Shown: positions 25,157 through 34,531, counted from the first letter of the stretch. The stretch: DNA of 37,366 nucleotides from Bacteroidota bacterium (GCA_041192685.1 JBEEMM010000001.1:1-37366), one strand, 5' to 3'. Numbers and translations: made by a program. The notes: generated by a model from the sequence alone, not told the origin.

Positions 25157-26586
25157 GCCCGCGAAGCGAATCCCTTAAACGAAGCCAGCGGCGCTACACC
25201 CTAGCCTATATACTGGCGGACTTTACCGCAGCCTGCATTGCCTATACCTGGCTCTACGACTACCGCAAAAGCGTCGTCGAGCCGGCCCGATTTGGGCTCG
25301 AATCCTTAGAATGGGATGCGTTCTACCCTATTGGAATGGCAATTACTGCCCTATTATGGGTAGGCACTATGGCTATTATTGGTCTTTACCAGGGTCTGCT
25401 GCGCAAATCGCGCCTGACGGAGGTTCGACGCCTGATCCAAGCCCTTGCAGTCTTTATGATTGCCTACTTCTTGCTCTTCATCCTTGACGATTACGTCAAA
25501 AACTACCGCGCCTATTGGGGCTCGCTGCAACGCTTTGGGGGCGGACTTCTCTTGACAAGCGTAGCTTTTCGACTAGCGATAGGGGGCCACATCCGCTGGC
25601 GGATTGCTCAAAAACACCTGCACTTTGCGACCCTCGTCATTGGTGAAAAGTCGATTATTGAGGCCCATGAAGCCGACGTTCGCAAGCATGCGGACGCTTC
25701 GGGCGAAGTGCTCGCAGGGTGGATTTCTACCTCGGGCCTTAAAGAAAATGCTCCATGCATTGGCTTGCCGCTCTTGGGAACGCCCAAAGAACTTGCCCAC
25801 TGGGCAACGCGACTGAATATTGAAGACGTCGTTATTGCACTTCCCCCAGAGGAACACTACCAACTGACCCCGCTCTTGCTTGATTTAGAGCAGCTTGGTC
25901 TGCGAATTTTTATGTTTCCGGACACCTACGGCATTCTCTCGGGCATGGTGCGGCTCGACGAGCACGGAGTTCCGCTCATGGAATGGCACAACGAACCCAT
26001 GGACTCCTGGCAGCGAAACAGCAAAAGGATTGCGGATATCGTTCTCTCGGCTGCAGCTTTGGCCTTCCTTACTCCCCTTTTGCTGATGGTGGCTCTGCTC
26101 GTTTCAGGATCTAAGGGGCCGATACTCTTCAGGCAGAATCGACTCGGGCGTAAGGGTAAAGTCTTTCAGATTATAAAGTTCCGCACCATGATCGCTGGGG
26201 CGGAGGCTCAAGGACCGCAGCTTTCTTCGACCAACGACGCACGGATTACCCCAATTGGTTCTTTTTTGCGCAAGTACCGCATTGACGAACTTCCCCAGTT
26301 TTGGAACGTGCTTATTGGTGACATGTCGCTGGTGGGACCGCGCCCGGAGCGGGAATTTTATGCATCGCAAATCATAGAACGAGCCCCGCAGTACCGCCAC
26401 ATTTACAAGGTTCGACCGGGAATCACGAGTTGGGGCATGGTCCGATACGGCTATGCCAGCAGCGTAGACGAGATGATTCGCCGCATGGAGTACGACCTGC
26501 TCTATATTGAGAATATGTCTTGGCACAACGACCTCAAGGTGCTCATTTACACCGCCTGGACGGTGCTCAAGGGGCGCGGAAAGTAG
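25123..26586 (+). CDS. Polyprenyl glycosylphosphotransferase (bacterial sugar transferase, WbaP/EpsB-like initiating enzyme)
   Basis: 487 aa with N-terminal TM segments and a C-terminal sugar-transferase domain (KRIADIVLS...GPRP...DLLYIENMS). The start is uncertain: TTG at 25123, or TTG at 25153 overlapping the upstream stop. Confidence 0.9.
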   Translation: MAGQPQAGVPLSPRSESLKRSQRRYTLAYILADFTAACIAYTWLYDYRKSVVEPARFGLESLEWDAFYPIGMAITALLWVGTMAIIGLYQGLLRKSRLTEVRRLIQALAVFMIAYFLLFILDDYVKNYRAYWGSLQRFGGGLLLTSVAFRLAIGGHIRWRIAQKHLHFATLVIGEKSIIEAHEADVRKHADASGEVLAGWISTSGLKENAPCIGLPLLGTPKELAHWATRLNIEDVVIALPPEEHYQLTPLLLDLEQLGLRIFMFPDTYGILSGMVRLDEHGVPLMEWHNEPMDSWQRNSKRIADIVLSAAALAFLTPLLLMVALLVSGSKGPILFRQNRLGRKGKVFQIIKFRTMIAGAEAQGPQLSSTNDARITPIGSFLRKYRIDELPQFWNVLIGDMSLVGPRPEREFYASQIIERAPQYRHIYKVRPGITSWGMVRYGYASSVDEMIRRMEYDLLYIENMSWHNDLKVLIYTAWTVLKGRGK

Positions 26587-26597
26587 CTTCTGAGCCG

Positions 26598-26605
26598 TAC
26601 TTTTA
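26598..26605 (+). promoter_or_regulatory. -7 box variant TACTTTTA, 5 nt upstream of ATG 26611
   Basis: Plus strand reads TACTTTTA-gggct-ATG, one mismatch to the consensus. Confidence 0.4.
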
Positions 26606-26610
26606 GGGCT

Positions 26611-27498
26611 ATGAAGCACCTTAGCGTACTCGGCGCCGGCGCGATGGGCAATGGAATTGCCCACGTGTTTGCCACCAGCGGATGGAATGTCTCGCTTTTT
26701 GACATCAGCGCCCCAGCCTTGGAGCGCGCCATAGCCACCATTTCAAAAAACCTCGAGCGCCAAGTGGCCAAAGGCCTGCTTTCCGCCGAAGATGCTGCTG
26801 CAGCGGTGGCCCGCATCAGCACCTACACCGAGCTGGCACCGGCCGTGGCCGGTTCCGCCCTGGTCGTAGAGGCTGCCACCGAGAACGTGGACATCAAACT
26901 CAAGCTTTTTGCCCAGCTCGACGAACTGTGTGCGCCCGAAACCATTTTGGCCTCCAACACCTCGTCGATTGCCATTGGACGCATCGCGGCGGCTACCAAG
27001 CGACCCGACAAGGTCATTGGAATGCACTTTATGAATCCGGTTCCGGTGATGAAGTTGGTAGAGATCATTCGTGGCTACAAAACCTCGGACGCCACGGCGG
27101 CTGCGGTGGTGGCAATAAGTAAGGAGCTTGGCAAAATCCCGGTGGAGTGCCAGGACTTCCCTGGATTCGTTGCCAATCGAATTTTAATTCCCATGATTAA
27201 TGAAGCCATAGAAGCGCTTCAAACGGGGGTTGGTAGCGTAGATGCCATCGATTCCATCATGAAACTGGGCATGGCCCACCCAATGGGCCCACTCCAGCTT
27301 GCGGACTTTATTGGGCTTGATGTATGCCTTAGCATCCTAAAGGTGCTCCAGGAAGGCCTGGGTCAGCCCAAGTACGCACCCAACCCACTCCTTGTGGCCA
27401 TGGTGACTGCCGGTGACCTCGGCGTCAAGTCGGGACGCGGATTCTACGACTACGCCAACGGAACCAAAGACGCCCCGGTCGCTCCCAATTTTCTTTAA
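26611..27498 (+). CDS. 3-hydroxybutyryl-CoA / 3-hydroxyacyl-CoA dehydrogenase
   Basis: 295 aa. LGAGAMGNGIA NAD-binding motif, the HFMNPVPVMKLVEI signature and GFVANR. Confidence 0.94.
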   Translation: MKHLSVLGAGAMGNGIAHVFATSGWNVSLFDISAPALERAIATISKNLERQVAKGLLSAEDAAAAVARISTYTELAPAVAGSALVVEAATENVDIKLKLFAQLDELCAPETILASNTSSIAIGRIAAATKRPDKVIGMHFMNPVPVMKLVEIIRGYKTSDATAAAVVAISKELGKIPVECQDFPGFVANRILIPMINEAIEALQTGVGSVDAIDSIMKLGMAHPMGPLQLADFIGLDVCLSILKVLQEGLGQPKYAPNPLLVAMVTAGDLGVKSGRGFYDYANGTKDAPVAPNFL

Positions 27499-27512
27499 AC
27501 CCCTTAAATATT

Positions 27513-28694
27513 ATGAATAAGCACCTCTTTTTAGGAGCAATGCTGGCCACGTCCAGTCTTTTTGCCCAAGTTGACCTGATCAATAAAATATCAGGCAACG
27601 GATCCCGCGAAAGCAGAACCTTTGAATTCACGACCATCTACGACCTTGAGGCGACGCCGGTCAAAAACCAAGGAAGCTCGGGCACGTGCTGGAGCTATTC
27701 CGCTACCGGATTCCTCGAGTCGGAACTAGTGCGCATGGGAAAGCCCGCCATCGACCTTTCAGAGATGTACACGGTGCGAAAGGTGTACCAGGACAAGGCA
27801 GAGAAGTACGTCCGCCTGCACGGATCGCTCAACTTCGCCCAGGGCGGAGCCTGCCCTGACCTCTTCTACGTGATCGACCGCTACGGAGCGGTTCCAGAGT
27901 CTGCCTACGCCGGCCTCAACTACGGAACCGAGGGCAACGACCACGACGAGCTCGAAGCGGCCCTCAAGGGCATCGTCGATGCGGTGGTGAACAAAAATTC
28001 CGGAACTGTGACCACGGCTTGGCACAAGGGCTTTACTGGCTACCTTGATGCTTACCTCGGCGCCGAACCCACCTCGTTCACCTACGAAGGCAAGACCTAC
28101 ACGCCGCGCAGCTTTGCCGACAAGTTCCTTAGAATCAACGTCAAAGACTACGTTCAGCTCACCAGCTTCACCCACCATCCCTTCGGATCCTGGTTTGCCA
28201 TTGAGGTTCCGGACAACTGGACCTGGGGCACTTCGTATAATGTTCCGCTTGAGGACATGATGGCGACCATTGACCACGCGCTGGCCAACGGATTCACGAT
28301 TGCGTGGGCAACCGACGTGTCAGAGAAGGGATTTTCGCTCAACAACGGAGTCGCCGTCTGGCCCGCCAAGAATTGGTCCGACATGAGCGCCGAAGAGAAG
28401 ACCGCCGTCTTCACTGGTCCGCACGAAGAGGCGGTGGTGACCGAAGCCTCGCGCCAAGCTGCTTTTGACAACTACGAGACCCAAGACGACCATGGAATGC
28501 AAATCGTGGGTAAGGTTAAAGATCAGTCGGGTGCTTCGTACTACATCGTGAAGAACTCATGGGGTCCGCGCAAGAACGCCTACCGCGAGGGCTATATCTA
28601 CGCGTCTGAAGCCTTTGTGCGTGCCAAGACGATTTCGATCATGCTGCACCAAGACGGGTTGCCTAAGGCCACCAAAAAGGCGGCAGGTTTCTGA
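27513..28694 (+). CDS. C1-family cysteine aminopeptidase (PepC/bleomycin-hydrolase-like), secreted
   Basis: 393 aa. Signal peptide, catalytic Cys in QGSSGTCWSYS, His in DHGMQIVG and Asn in KNSWG. Confidence 0.88.
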   Translation: MNKHLFLGAMLATSSLFAQVDLINKISGNGSRESRTFEFTTIYDLEATPVKNQGSSGTCWSYSATGFLESELVRMGKPAIDLSEMYTVRKVYQDKAEKYVRLHGSLNFAQGGACPDLFYVIDRYGAVPESAYAGLNYGTEGNDHDELEAALKGIVDAVVNKNSGTVTTAWHKGFTGYLDAYLGAEPTSFTYEGKTYTPRSFADKFLRINVKDYVQLTSFTHHPFGSWFAIEVPDNWTWGTSYNVPLEDMMATIDHALANGFTIAWATDVSEKGFSLNNGVAVWPAKNWSDMSAEEKTAVFTGPHEEAVVTEASRQAAFDNYETQDDHGMQIVGKVKDQSGASYYIVKNSWGPRKNAYREGYIYASEAFVRAKTISIMLHQDGLPKATKKAAGF

Positions 28695-28712
28695 GGAATC
28701 CCAAACGAAATG

Positions 28713-28746
28713 AAAAACGCCGAGGGAAATCCTCGGCGTTTTTTGT
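28713..28746. terminator. Bidirectional intrinsic terminator
   Basis: aaaAACGCCGAGGgaaatCCTCGGCGTTttttg is a 10-bp perfect stem with a 5-nt loop, flanked by an A-run and a T-run. It lies between the convergent pepC-like gene and argS. Confidence 0.85.
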
Positions 28747-28767
28747 TGCGAGCAACCAGAACCAAGT

Positions 28768-30537
28768 CTACATCCGTTCGGGCGCCTCGATCCCCAGAAG
28801 ATCCAAAGCCCGCTTAAGGGAAGAGGCCGTCGCTCGGCTGAGGTCGATGCGGAAGGCGATCAAGGCCTCCGATTCCGCGTTGAGAATGGAATTGGCCTGG
28901 TAGAATGCATTAAATGCCTTGGCGACGTCGTAAGCAAACTGGGCAACTACGGCCGGACTATAGGTCCGCGCTGCCTGCTCGACAACCTCCGGAAAGCGGT
29001 AAATAGTCTGAATCAAGTCTTTGCTGCGTTCGTCGAGGCTAACGTCAGCCCAAGACCAAGAGCTAGGAAGACCCTCAGACTTGCGCAAAATAGACCGCAC
29101 TCGAGCATGACTGTATTGAATGAAGGGCCCCGTATGGCCATTGAAATCAATAGACTCCTCGGGGTTGAAGACCATGCGTTTGCGCGGATCCACCTTAAGA
29201 ATGTAGTACTTCAATGCTCCATGGCCCAGAACCTGGTAAAGCTTTGATTTTTCGGGCTCGCTAAGACCTTCTGTTTTGCCGAGTTCTTCGCTCAAAGACC
29301 GCGCGCTAGCCTCCATCTCGTCCAGCAAATCGTCGGCATCAACCACCGTGCCCTCCCGGGACTTCATGCGGCCGTTGGGCAAGTCGACCATGCCATAGCT
29401 CAAGTGGTAGAGCTCATCCGCCCAGGGGTAGCCTAGTTTTTTAAGAATAAGAAACAAAACCCTAAAGTGGTAGTCTTGCTCATTGCCCACCACATAAGTG
29501 AGGCGATTGATGGAGAAGTCCTTAAAACGCTGAATGGCCGTTCCAATGTCTTGGGTCATGTAGACCGAGGTACCGTCGCTGCGGAGCACGAGTTTTTCGT
29601 CCAACCCGTCTTCTCTTAAATCAATCCAAACGGAACCGTCGTCCCGACGGTAAAAAACTCCGCTCTGAATACCAGCCTCAATGTCTTGCTTGCCCAGCAA
29701 GTAGGTTTCAGACTCGAAGTAGTTGCGGTCAAATGAAATACCGAGCCGCTTATAGGTTGCGTTGAAACCTGCATAGACCCACTCGTTCATGGTGGACCAT
29801 AGGGCCCGCACCTCCGGGTCGCGGTCTTCCCACTTGCGAAGCATTTCTTGAACCTCGAGCATGCAGGGAGCGTGGTTCTTGGCGTAGTCCTCGGGGTGGC
29901 CGGCATCCATTAGTTCGCGAACCTGAGCACGATACTCCTGGTCAAAACGTACATAAAAGGTTCCGACCCAATGGTCGCCTTTTTGGCCCGCTGACTCCGG
30001 AGTCATTCCGTCGCCAAAATGCTGCCAGGCCCACATGCTCTTGCAAATGTGCACGCCACGATCGTTGACGATCTGTACCTTAACTACCTTTCGCCCGCTG
30101 GCCTCCAGAATTCTACTGAGGCTATGCCCTAAGAGAATGTTGCGTACATGGCCCAAATGCAAGGGCTTGTTGGTGTTTGGGCTGCTGAATTCAACCATAG
30201 CCGACGGCAATGCTGTATCGACAGGCCAGCATCCCCAGTCCGCACTGCTTCGCAGAGTATCAAAGAGGGATTCGAACTGGTCGGAGGCCAGAACTAGATT
30301 CAGGAATCCTTGAACGGCGTTGAACCGCGTAACCAAGGGAGTAGCCTTTAAAAGAGCGGATCCTATTTCGTTTGCGGTTTCGACAGGGGATTTGCGGCTC
30401 AGCTTTAAAAAGGGGAAAACCACCAAGGTGGCGTCTCCCTCAAATTCTTTGCGCGTTGGCTGAAGCTCCAAAGAATCCTCCCAGCCATAGAGGTCGCGCA
30501 GAACCGCAGAAACGGCGGTAACTAATGCTTCAGTCAT
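28768..30537 (-). CDS. argS: Arginine--tRNA ligase
   Basis: 589 aa. Class I HIGH motif (PNTNKPLHLGHVRN), a MSKS-like GRMKSREG, and a C-terminal DALR anticodon-binding domain ending ...ERM. Confidence 0.97.
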   Translation of the reverse strand: MTEALVTAVSAVLRDLYGWEDSLELQPTRKEFEGDATLVVFPFLKLSRKSPVETANEIGSALLKATPLVTRFNAVQGFLNLVLASDQFESLFDTLRSSADWGCWPVDTALPSAMVEFSSPNTNKPLHLGHVRNILLGHSLSRILEASGRKVVKVQIVNDRGVHICKSMWAWQHFGDGMTPESAGQKGDHWVGTFYVRFDQEYRAQVRELMDAGHPEDYAKNHAPCMLEVQEMLRKWEDRDPEVRALWSTMNEWVYAGFNATYKRLGISFDRNYFESETYLLGKQDIEAGIQSGVFYRRDDGSVWIDLREDGLDEKLVLRSDGTSVYMTQDIGTAIQRFKDFSINRLTYVVGNEQDYHFRVLFLILKKLGYPWADELYHLSYGMVDLPNGRMKSREGTVVDADDLLDEMEASARSLSEELGKTEGLSEPEKSKLYQVLGHGALKYYILKVDPRKRMVFNPEESIDFNGHTGPFIQYSHARVRSILRKSEGLPSSWSWADVSLDERSKDLIQTIYRFPEVVEQAARTYSPAVVAQFAYDVAKAFNAFYQANSILNAESEALIAFRIDLSRATASSLKRALDLLGIEAPERM

Positions 30538-30542
30538 AGCGG

Positions 30543-31499
30543 TTAACGATTGGAAGGTCGACTTAAACGATCCTGCAATCGGTATACGGTATTTTGGAGC
30601 AGGCGGAATGCGGCGGATCCCATAGCGTTCCCGCCCTTGTCGAGCAAAGGATTGATTTCGGTAAACTCAATGCAGCGGACCTTGGAATCCATGGCAAACA
30701 ACTCCAGCATCTGCTTAGCTTCCGACTCTTCAAAACCTCCCGGAACAGGAGTGCCGGTGCCCACTGAAATACTTGGATCCATGGAGTCCACGTCAAAAGA
30801 CACATAAATCATGTCGCATTCCGCCATTTGCTTGATTACCTGATCCACAATGCCTTCGATTCCTTGTGCACGGACCTCGGGAACGCGAAAAACCTTAATT
30901 CCGTATTTGGCAATAAGCGCGTTCTCTGGTCCTTCGGTACTTCTCAAACCAATGTAGGCCAAGTCTTCGGGACGCACTCTTTGGGTCGGACCCTTGAGCT
31001 TAATCCAAGATTCACGGGTTACCAAACTCGGTTCGTTTATTTTACAGGCTAAATTGTCTTCGCCCAAGGCGGTTGCCAAGGGCATGCCGTGCAGATTGCC
31101 CGAGGGAGAGGTGTAGGGGGAATGCAGGTCGGCGTGCGCATCAATCCAAACCACCCCGAGCCTTGCCAGTGGAAAAGCCTGCTTGATTCCCGCGATGGTT
31201 CCGCCTGCATTCGAGTGGTCGCCACTGATGATTAGCGGGAACTGCCCGTCGTCAAGGGTTTCCGCCACAACGGCCGAGATGCGGCGGTACATCCGCACGA
31301 TTCCTCGAATCCTTTTGCCATAGGGAGTCTCGGGATGCCGGTAAAGAAGGGCGTTGTTGGTTTGCACCTTGCGGGGCTGCAGGGACCTAAAAAACTTCGG
31401 CTGAATGCGAAAGGACGCACTTCGAATGGCGGCGTATCCGAGGCTTGATCCTCGAGTGCCTGCTCCCAATTCAGACATGGCCGTTATCAACTGCAGCAT
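30543..31499 (-). CDS. Arginase/ureohydrolase family protein
   Basis: 318 aa. Mn-binding motifs SGDHS, DAHADL, SFDVDSMDP and GTPVPGG. It lies 5 nt upstream of argS. Confidence 0.88.
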   Translation of the reverse strand: MLQLITAMSELGAGTRGSSLGYAAIRSASFRIQPKFFRSLQPRKVQTNNALLYRHPETPYGKRIRGIVRMYRRISAVVAETLDDGQFPLIISGDHSNAGGTIAGIKQAFPLARLGVVWIDAHADLHSPYTSPSGNLHGMPLATALGEDNLACKINEPSLVTRESWIKLKGPTQRVRPEDLAYIGLRSTEGPENALIAKYGIKVFRVPEVRAQGIEGIVDQVIKQMAECDMIYVSFDVDSMDPSISVGTGTPVPGGFEESEAKQMLELFAMDSKVRCIEFTEINPLLDKGGNAMGSAAFRLLQNTVYRLQDRLSRPSNR

Positions 31500-31503
31500 A
31501 TTC

Positions 31504-31511
31504 CAAAGGTA
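31504..31511 (-). promoter_or_regulatory. -7 promoter box TACCTTTG, 4 nt upstream of the arginase-family ATG
   Basis: Minus strand reads TACCTTTG-gaat-ATG, an exact match. It is one half of a 10-bp perfect palindrome with 31520-31529. Confidence 0.55.
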
Positions 31512-31521
31512 GGAATTGGCC

Positions 31522-31529
31522 TACCTTTG
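31522..31529 (+). promoter_or_regulatory. -7 promoter box TACCTTTG, 10 nt upstream of ftsK ATG
   Basis: Plus strand reads TACCTTTG-aacgcagtcc-ATG, an exact match. Confidence 0.5.
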
Positions 31530-31539
31530 AACGCAGTCC

Positions 31540-33873
31540 ATGGCCCGAACTTCCAAAAACTCCACGTCGTCGAGATTAAGCGACCTAAAGTCAGCCTGGC
31601 TAGACGTCAAGCAGAGCCCATCCCTTAACGCAGTACTCGGTCTGACCGTCCTTTTTATCGGACTTTTGGGCTTTGTTGCCAGCACTTCGACCCTCTTCAC
31701 TTGGACTTCGGACTACAGTGCCCTTGAGCTGGGTTTTGCCCAGGTTTTGAGCCAGCGCGACATCGTCATTCAAAATACCCTCGGCTCCATCGGTGCAGCG
31801 GTGGGCATGGTGGTAACAGTGCGCGGATTTGGTATCGCCTCCCTCCTTCTTTGGACCGTGATCATGGCATTTGGCTTGCGCTGGGGTTTGGGAATCGAAC
31901 TCAGGGCACTTCGCTGGGCTAGGCGCAGTTTGCTTAGGGCATTGTTAATTACTTCAGGGCTTGCACTGCTGCCTTGGAACGCCGGCGACGCCGTGGTCGG
32001 TGACTACGGTCGAGTTATTGCAACCTGGTCCACACACTGGCTAGGCCTTCTCGGGGCCTGCTTGACTTGGTTGGTCCTTGCTCTGATTCACACGGTATGG
32101 GTTTTTCAGCTGCGTCCGCAGATGCTCGGGCAGCACCTGGCCAACCACTTTGCGGCAACCGACGCCCTGAATGAGGTCCCAATCAGCGAAGAGGCTGAGC
32201 TAATTCCCGACGAAGGCCCCTTGGTGGTTGACCTGTCTGGCAACGAGCCAATCCAAAGTCCGCCATGGAACGAAGCCGATGAGGACCTCGGTCTCGAGAT
32301 TCAATCGACGGTTGAGGTGCCGCAGGCTAGTCCTGGTTTGATTAAGCCAGCACCAACTGAAATGGGGCCCTACGACCCGAGACGCGACCTTTCGCGCTAC
32401 CAAACGCCTCCCCTTCAGCTGCTCAATGACTACGGCCAATCGACGGCCAAGGTGGACCAAGAGGAACTGGAGGCCAATAAGGAGCGGATTCTTGAAACCC
32501 TGCGGAACTACAAAATCGAGATTTCTAAAATCAAGGCCACGGTGGGTCCAACCGTAACGCTCTATGAAATTGTTCCCGAGGCCGGAGTCCGCATCAGTAG
32601 GATTAAGTCGCTTGAGGACGACATTGCACTAAGTCTTAGTGCTTTGGGCATAAGAATTATTGCTCCTATTCCCGGTAAAGGGACTATTGGTATTGAGGTA
32701 CCGAACCGCCACCCCCAGATGGTCAGTATGCGGTCGGTGCTGGCCTCAGAAAGGTTTCAGAATTCCGATATGGATTTACCCTTGGCTTTGGGCAAGACCA
32801 TTTCTAACGAAGTATTTATCGTTGACCTTGCCAAAATGCCCCACCTTCTCATGGCTGGCGCTACGGGTCAGGGCAAGTCCGTGGGACTCAATGCGATTAT
32901 AGCTTCGATTTTGTACAAGAAGCACCCAGCTGAGGTAAAGTTTGTACTGGTTGACCCTAAAAAGGTTGAATTGACCCTCTACAACACCATTGAACGGCAC
33001 TTTTTGGCCAAGCTACCCGGTGACGATGAGGCTATTATTACCGATACCAACAAGGTAATTCACACGCTGAACTCCCTTTGCATTGAAATGGACCAGCGCT
33101 ATGAACTGCTGAAGTCTGCCATGGTGCGGAATCTTAAGGAATACAATGTCAAGTTCACTGCCCGCAAACTCAACCCTGAGGAGGGCCACCGCTATTTACC
33201 CTACATTATTTTGGTGATTGACGAGTTTGCCGATTTAATTATGACTGCCGGCAAAGAAGTTGAAATGCCGATCGCTCGGCTTGCCCAGCTTGCACGCGCC
33301 ATTGGCATACACCTTATTGTGGCCACCCAGCGTCCCTCGGTAAACGTTATCACGGGTATTATTAAAGCGAACTTCCCAACGCGTATTGCCTTTAAAGTCA
33401 GTGCCAAGATTGACTCCCGCACCATTCTTGACGCGGGCGGTGCGGAACAATTAATTGGTAAGGGCGACATGCTGATTTCGAGCGGTAACGACTTGATTCG
33501 CCTGCAGTGTGCCTTCTTGGACACCCCCGAGGTGGAGCAAATTTGTGAGTTTATTGGGAGCCAGCAGGGTTACCCCGATGCCTACCAGCTGCCAGAATAC
33601 GAGTCCGAAGAGGGCAGCCTTGGCGGAGGCGGCAACTTTAGTGCAGAGGAACGCGACAGCATGTTTGAAGAGGCCGCTCGCATGGTAGTAATTCACCAGC
33701 AGGGCTCGGCATCGCTTTTGCAACGCAAGCTTAAGCTTGGCTACAATCGCGCAGGTCGCTTGGTCGATCAGCTCGAAGACGCTGGAATCATTGGCCCCTT
33801 TGAGGGGTCCAAGGCACGCCAAGTTCTGATTCAGGATGAAGTGCAACTTAACGAACGTCTCAAAAACCTATGA
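31540..33873 (+). CDS. ftsK: DNA translocase FtsK
   Basis: 777 aa. N-terminal TM segments, a linker, the motor domain with Walker A GATGQGKS and Walker B LVIDEFADL, and a C-terminal gamma domain (LLQRKLKLGYNRAGRLVDQLE). Confidence 0.97.
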   Translation: MARTSKNSTSSRLSDLKSAWLDVKQSPSLNAVLGLTVLFIGLLGFVASTSTLFTWTSDYSALELGFAQVLSQRDIVIQNTLGSIGAAVGMVVTVRGFGIASLLLWTVIMAFGLRWGLGIELRALRWARRSLLRALLITSGLALLPWNAGDAVVGDYGRVIATWSTHWLGLLGACLTWLVLALIHTVWVFQLRPQMLGQHLANHFAATDALNEVPISEEAELIPDEGPLVVDLSGNEPIQSPPWNEADEDLGLEIQSTVEVPQASPGLIKPAPTEMGPYDPRRDLSRYQTPPLQLLNDYGQSTAKVDQEELEANKERILETLRNYKIEISKIKATVGPTVTLYEIVPEAGVRISRIKSLEDDIALSLSALGIRIIAPIPGKGTIGIEVPNRHPQMVSMRSVLASERFQNSDMDLPLALGKTISNEVFIVDLAKMPHLLMAGATGQGKSVGLNAIIASILYKKHPAEVKFVLVDPKKVELTLYNTIERHFLAKLPGDDEAIITDTNKVIHTLNSLCIEMDQRYELLKSAMVRNLKEYNVKFTARKLNPEEGHRYLPYIILVIDEFADLIMTAGKEVEMPIARLAQLARAIGIHLIVATQRPSVNVITGIIKANFPTRIAFKVSAKIDSRTILDAGGAEQLIGKGDMLISSGNDLIRLQCAFLDTPEVEQICEFIGSQQGYPDAYQLPEYESEEGSLGGGGNFSAEERDSMFEEAARMVVIHQQGSASLLQRKLKLGYNRAGRLVDQLEDAGIIGPFEGSKARQVLIQDEVQLNERLKNL

Positions 33874-34526
33874 TTAATCGTTTGCTTTTTACCGCAGGCT
33901 TTTGCCTAATTTCCTTCTTCTCTTCAGCGCAGTCCGAGACTCCATTGGCCTATGTTCAACGGGTGAAGAAGCAGGCCCTAACCTATTCCGACCAAAAGAT
34001 TGGATTCACTTCGGTGCTTGACGCTCCAGGGCGCAACGGCCAGAGGGTACAGCGCAAAACAAGCGGCGAGGTTTGGGTAAAGGGAGAGTCCGCCAAGTTG
34101 GTGCTCCAAGGGCAAACCTTCTTTTTCAAGAGCGGAGTGGTGACCACCGTTAGCCCAGAAGACGAAGAAATTACCGTCCGCAAACTCAATGGCGATGCCA
34201 ACCAGTATACTCCCGCCGTGCTTCTTGGCAAGTACGAGAAGAATTCTGCGTTTGCATGGGCAGGATCGCAAACGGTCGCTGGCAAGACCATCAAGTTCGT
34301 CAGTATGATACCCAAGAACGACCCTGACGTAGCCAAAGTGATTCTTGGAGTTGATGCCAAAACCTTGAAGCTTTATAGCTTTAGCGAAGAAGGAAAAAAT
34401 GGAACCAAGTCTACCGTCACCATGCTTTCCTATGAAACCAACAAGGGTTTGACTGCCAACGACGTGGAGTTCAAGCGATCCAACTACCCGGCGACCTACG
34501 AATACATCGCGCCTAAAGCTCAGTAA
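33870..34526 (+). CDS. LolA-like outer-membrane lipoprotein carrier protein
   Basis: 218 aa with a signal peptide and predicted beta-rich sequence. Its position directly after ftsK (ATGA overlap) is the conserved Bacteroidota arrangement. Confidence 0.6.
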   Translation: MINRLLFTAGFCLISFFSSAQSETPLAYVQRVKKQALTYSDQKIGFTSVLDAPGRNGQRVQRKTSGEVWVKGESAKLVLQGQTFFFKSGVVTTVSPEDEEITVRKLNGDANQYTPAVLLGKYEKNSAFAWAGSQTVAGKTIKFVSMIPKNDPDVAKVILGVDAKTLKLYSFSEEGKNGTKSTVTMLSYETNKGLTANDVEFKRSNYPATYEYIAPKAQ

Positions 34527-34531
34527 GCGAT

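Noticed and set aside
33201-33846. Minus-strand ORFs of 71-131 aa inside ftsK.
   Set aside because: They are antisense to the highly conserved FtsK motor and gamma domains, so they are shadow ORFs.
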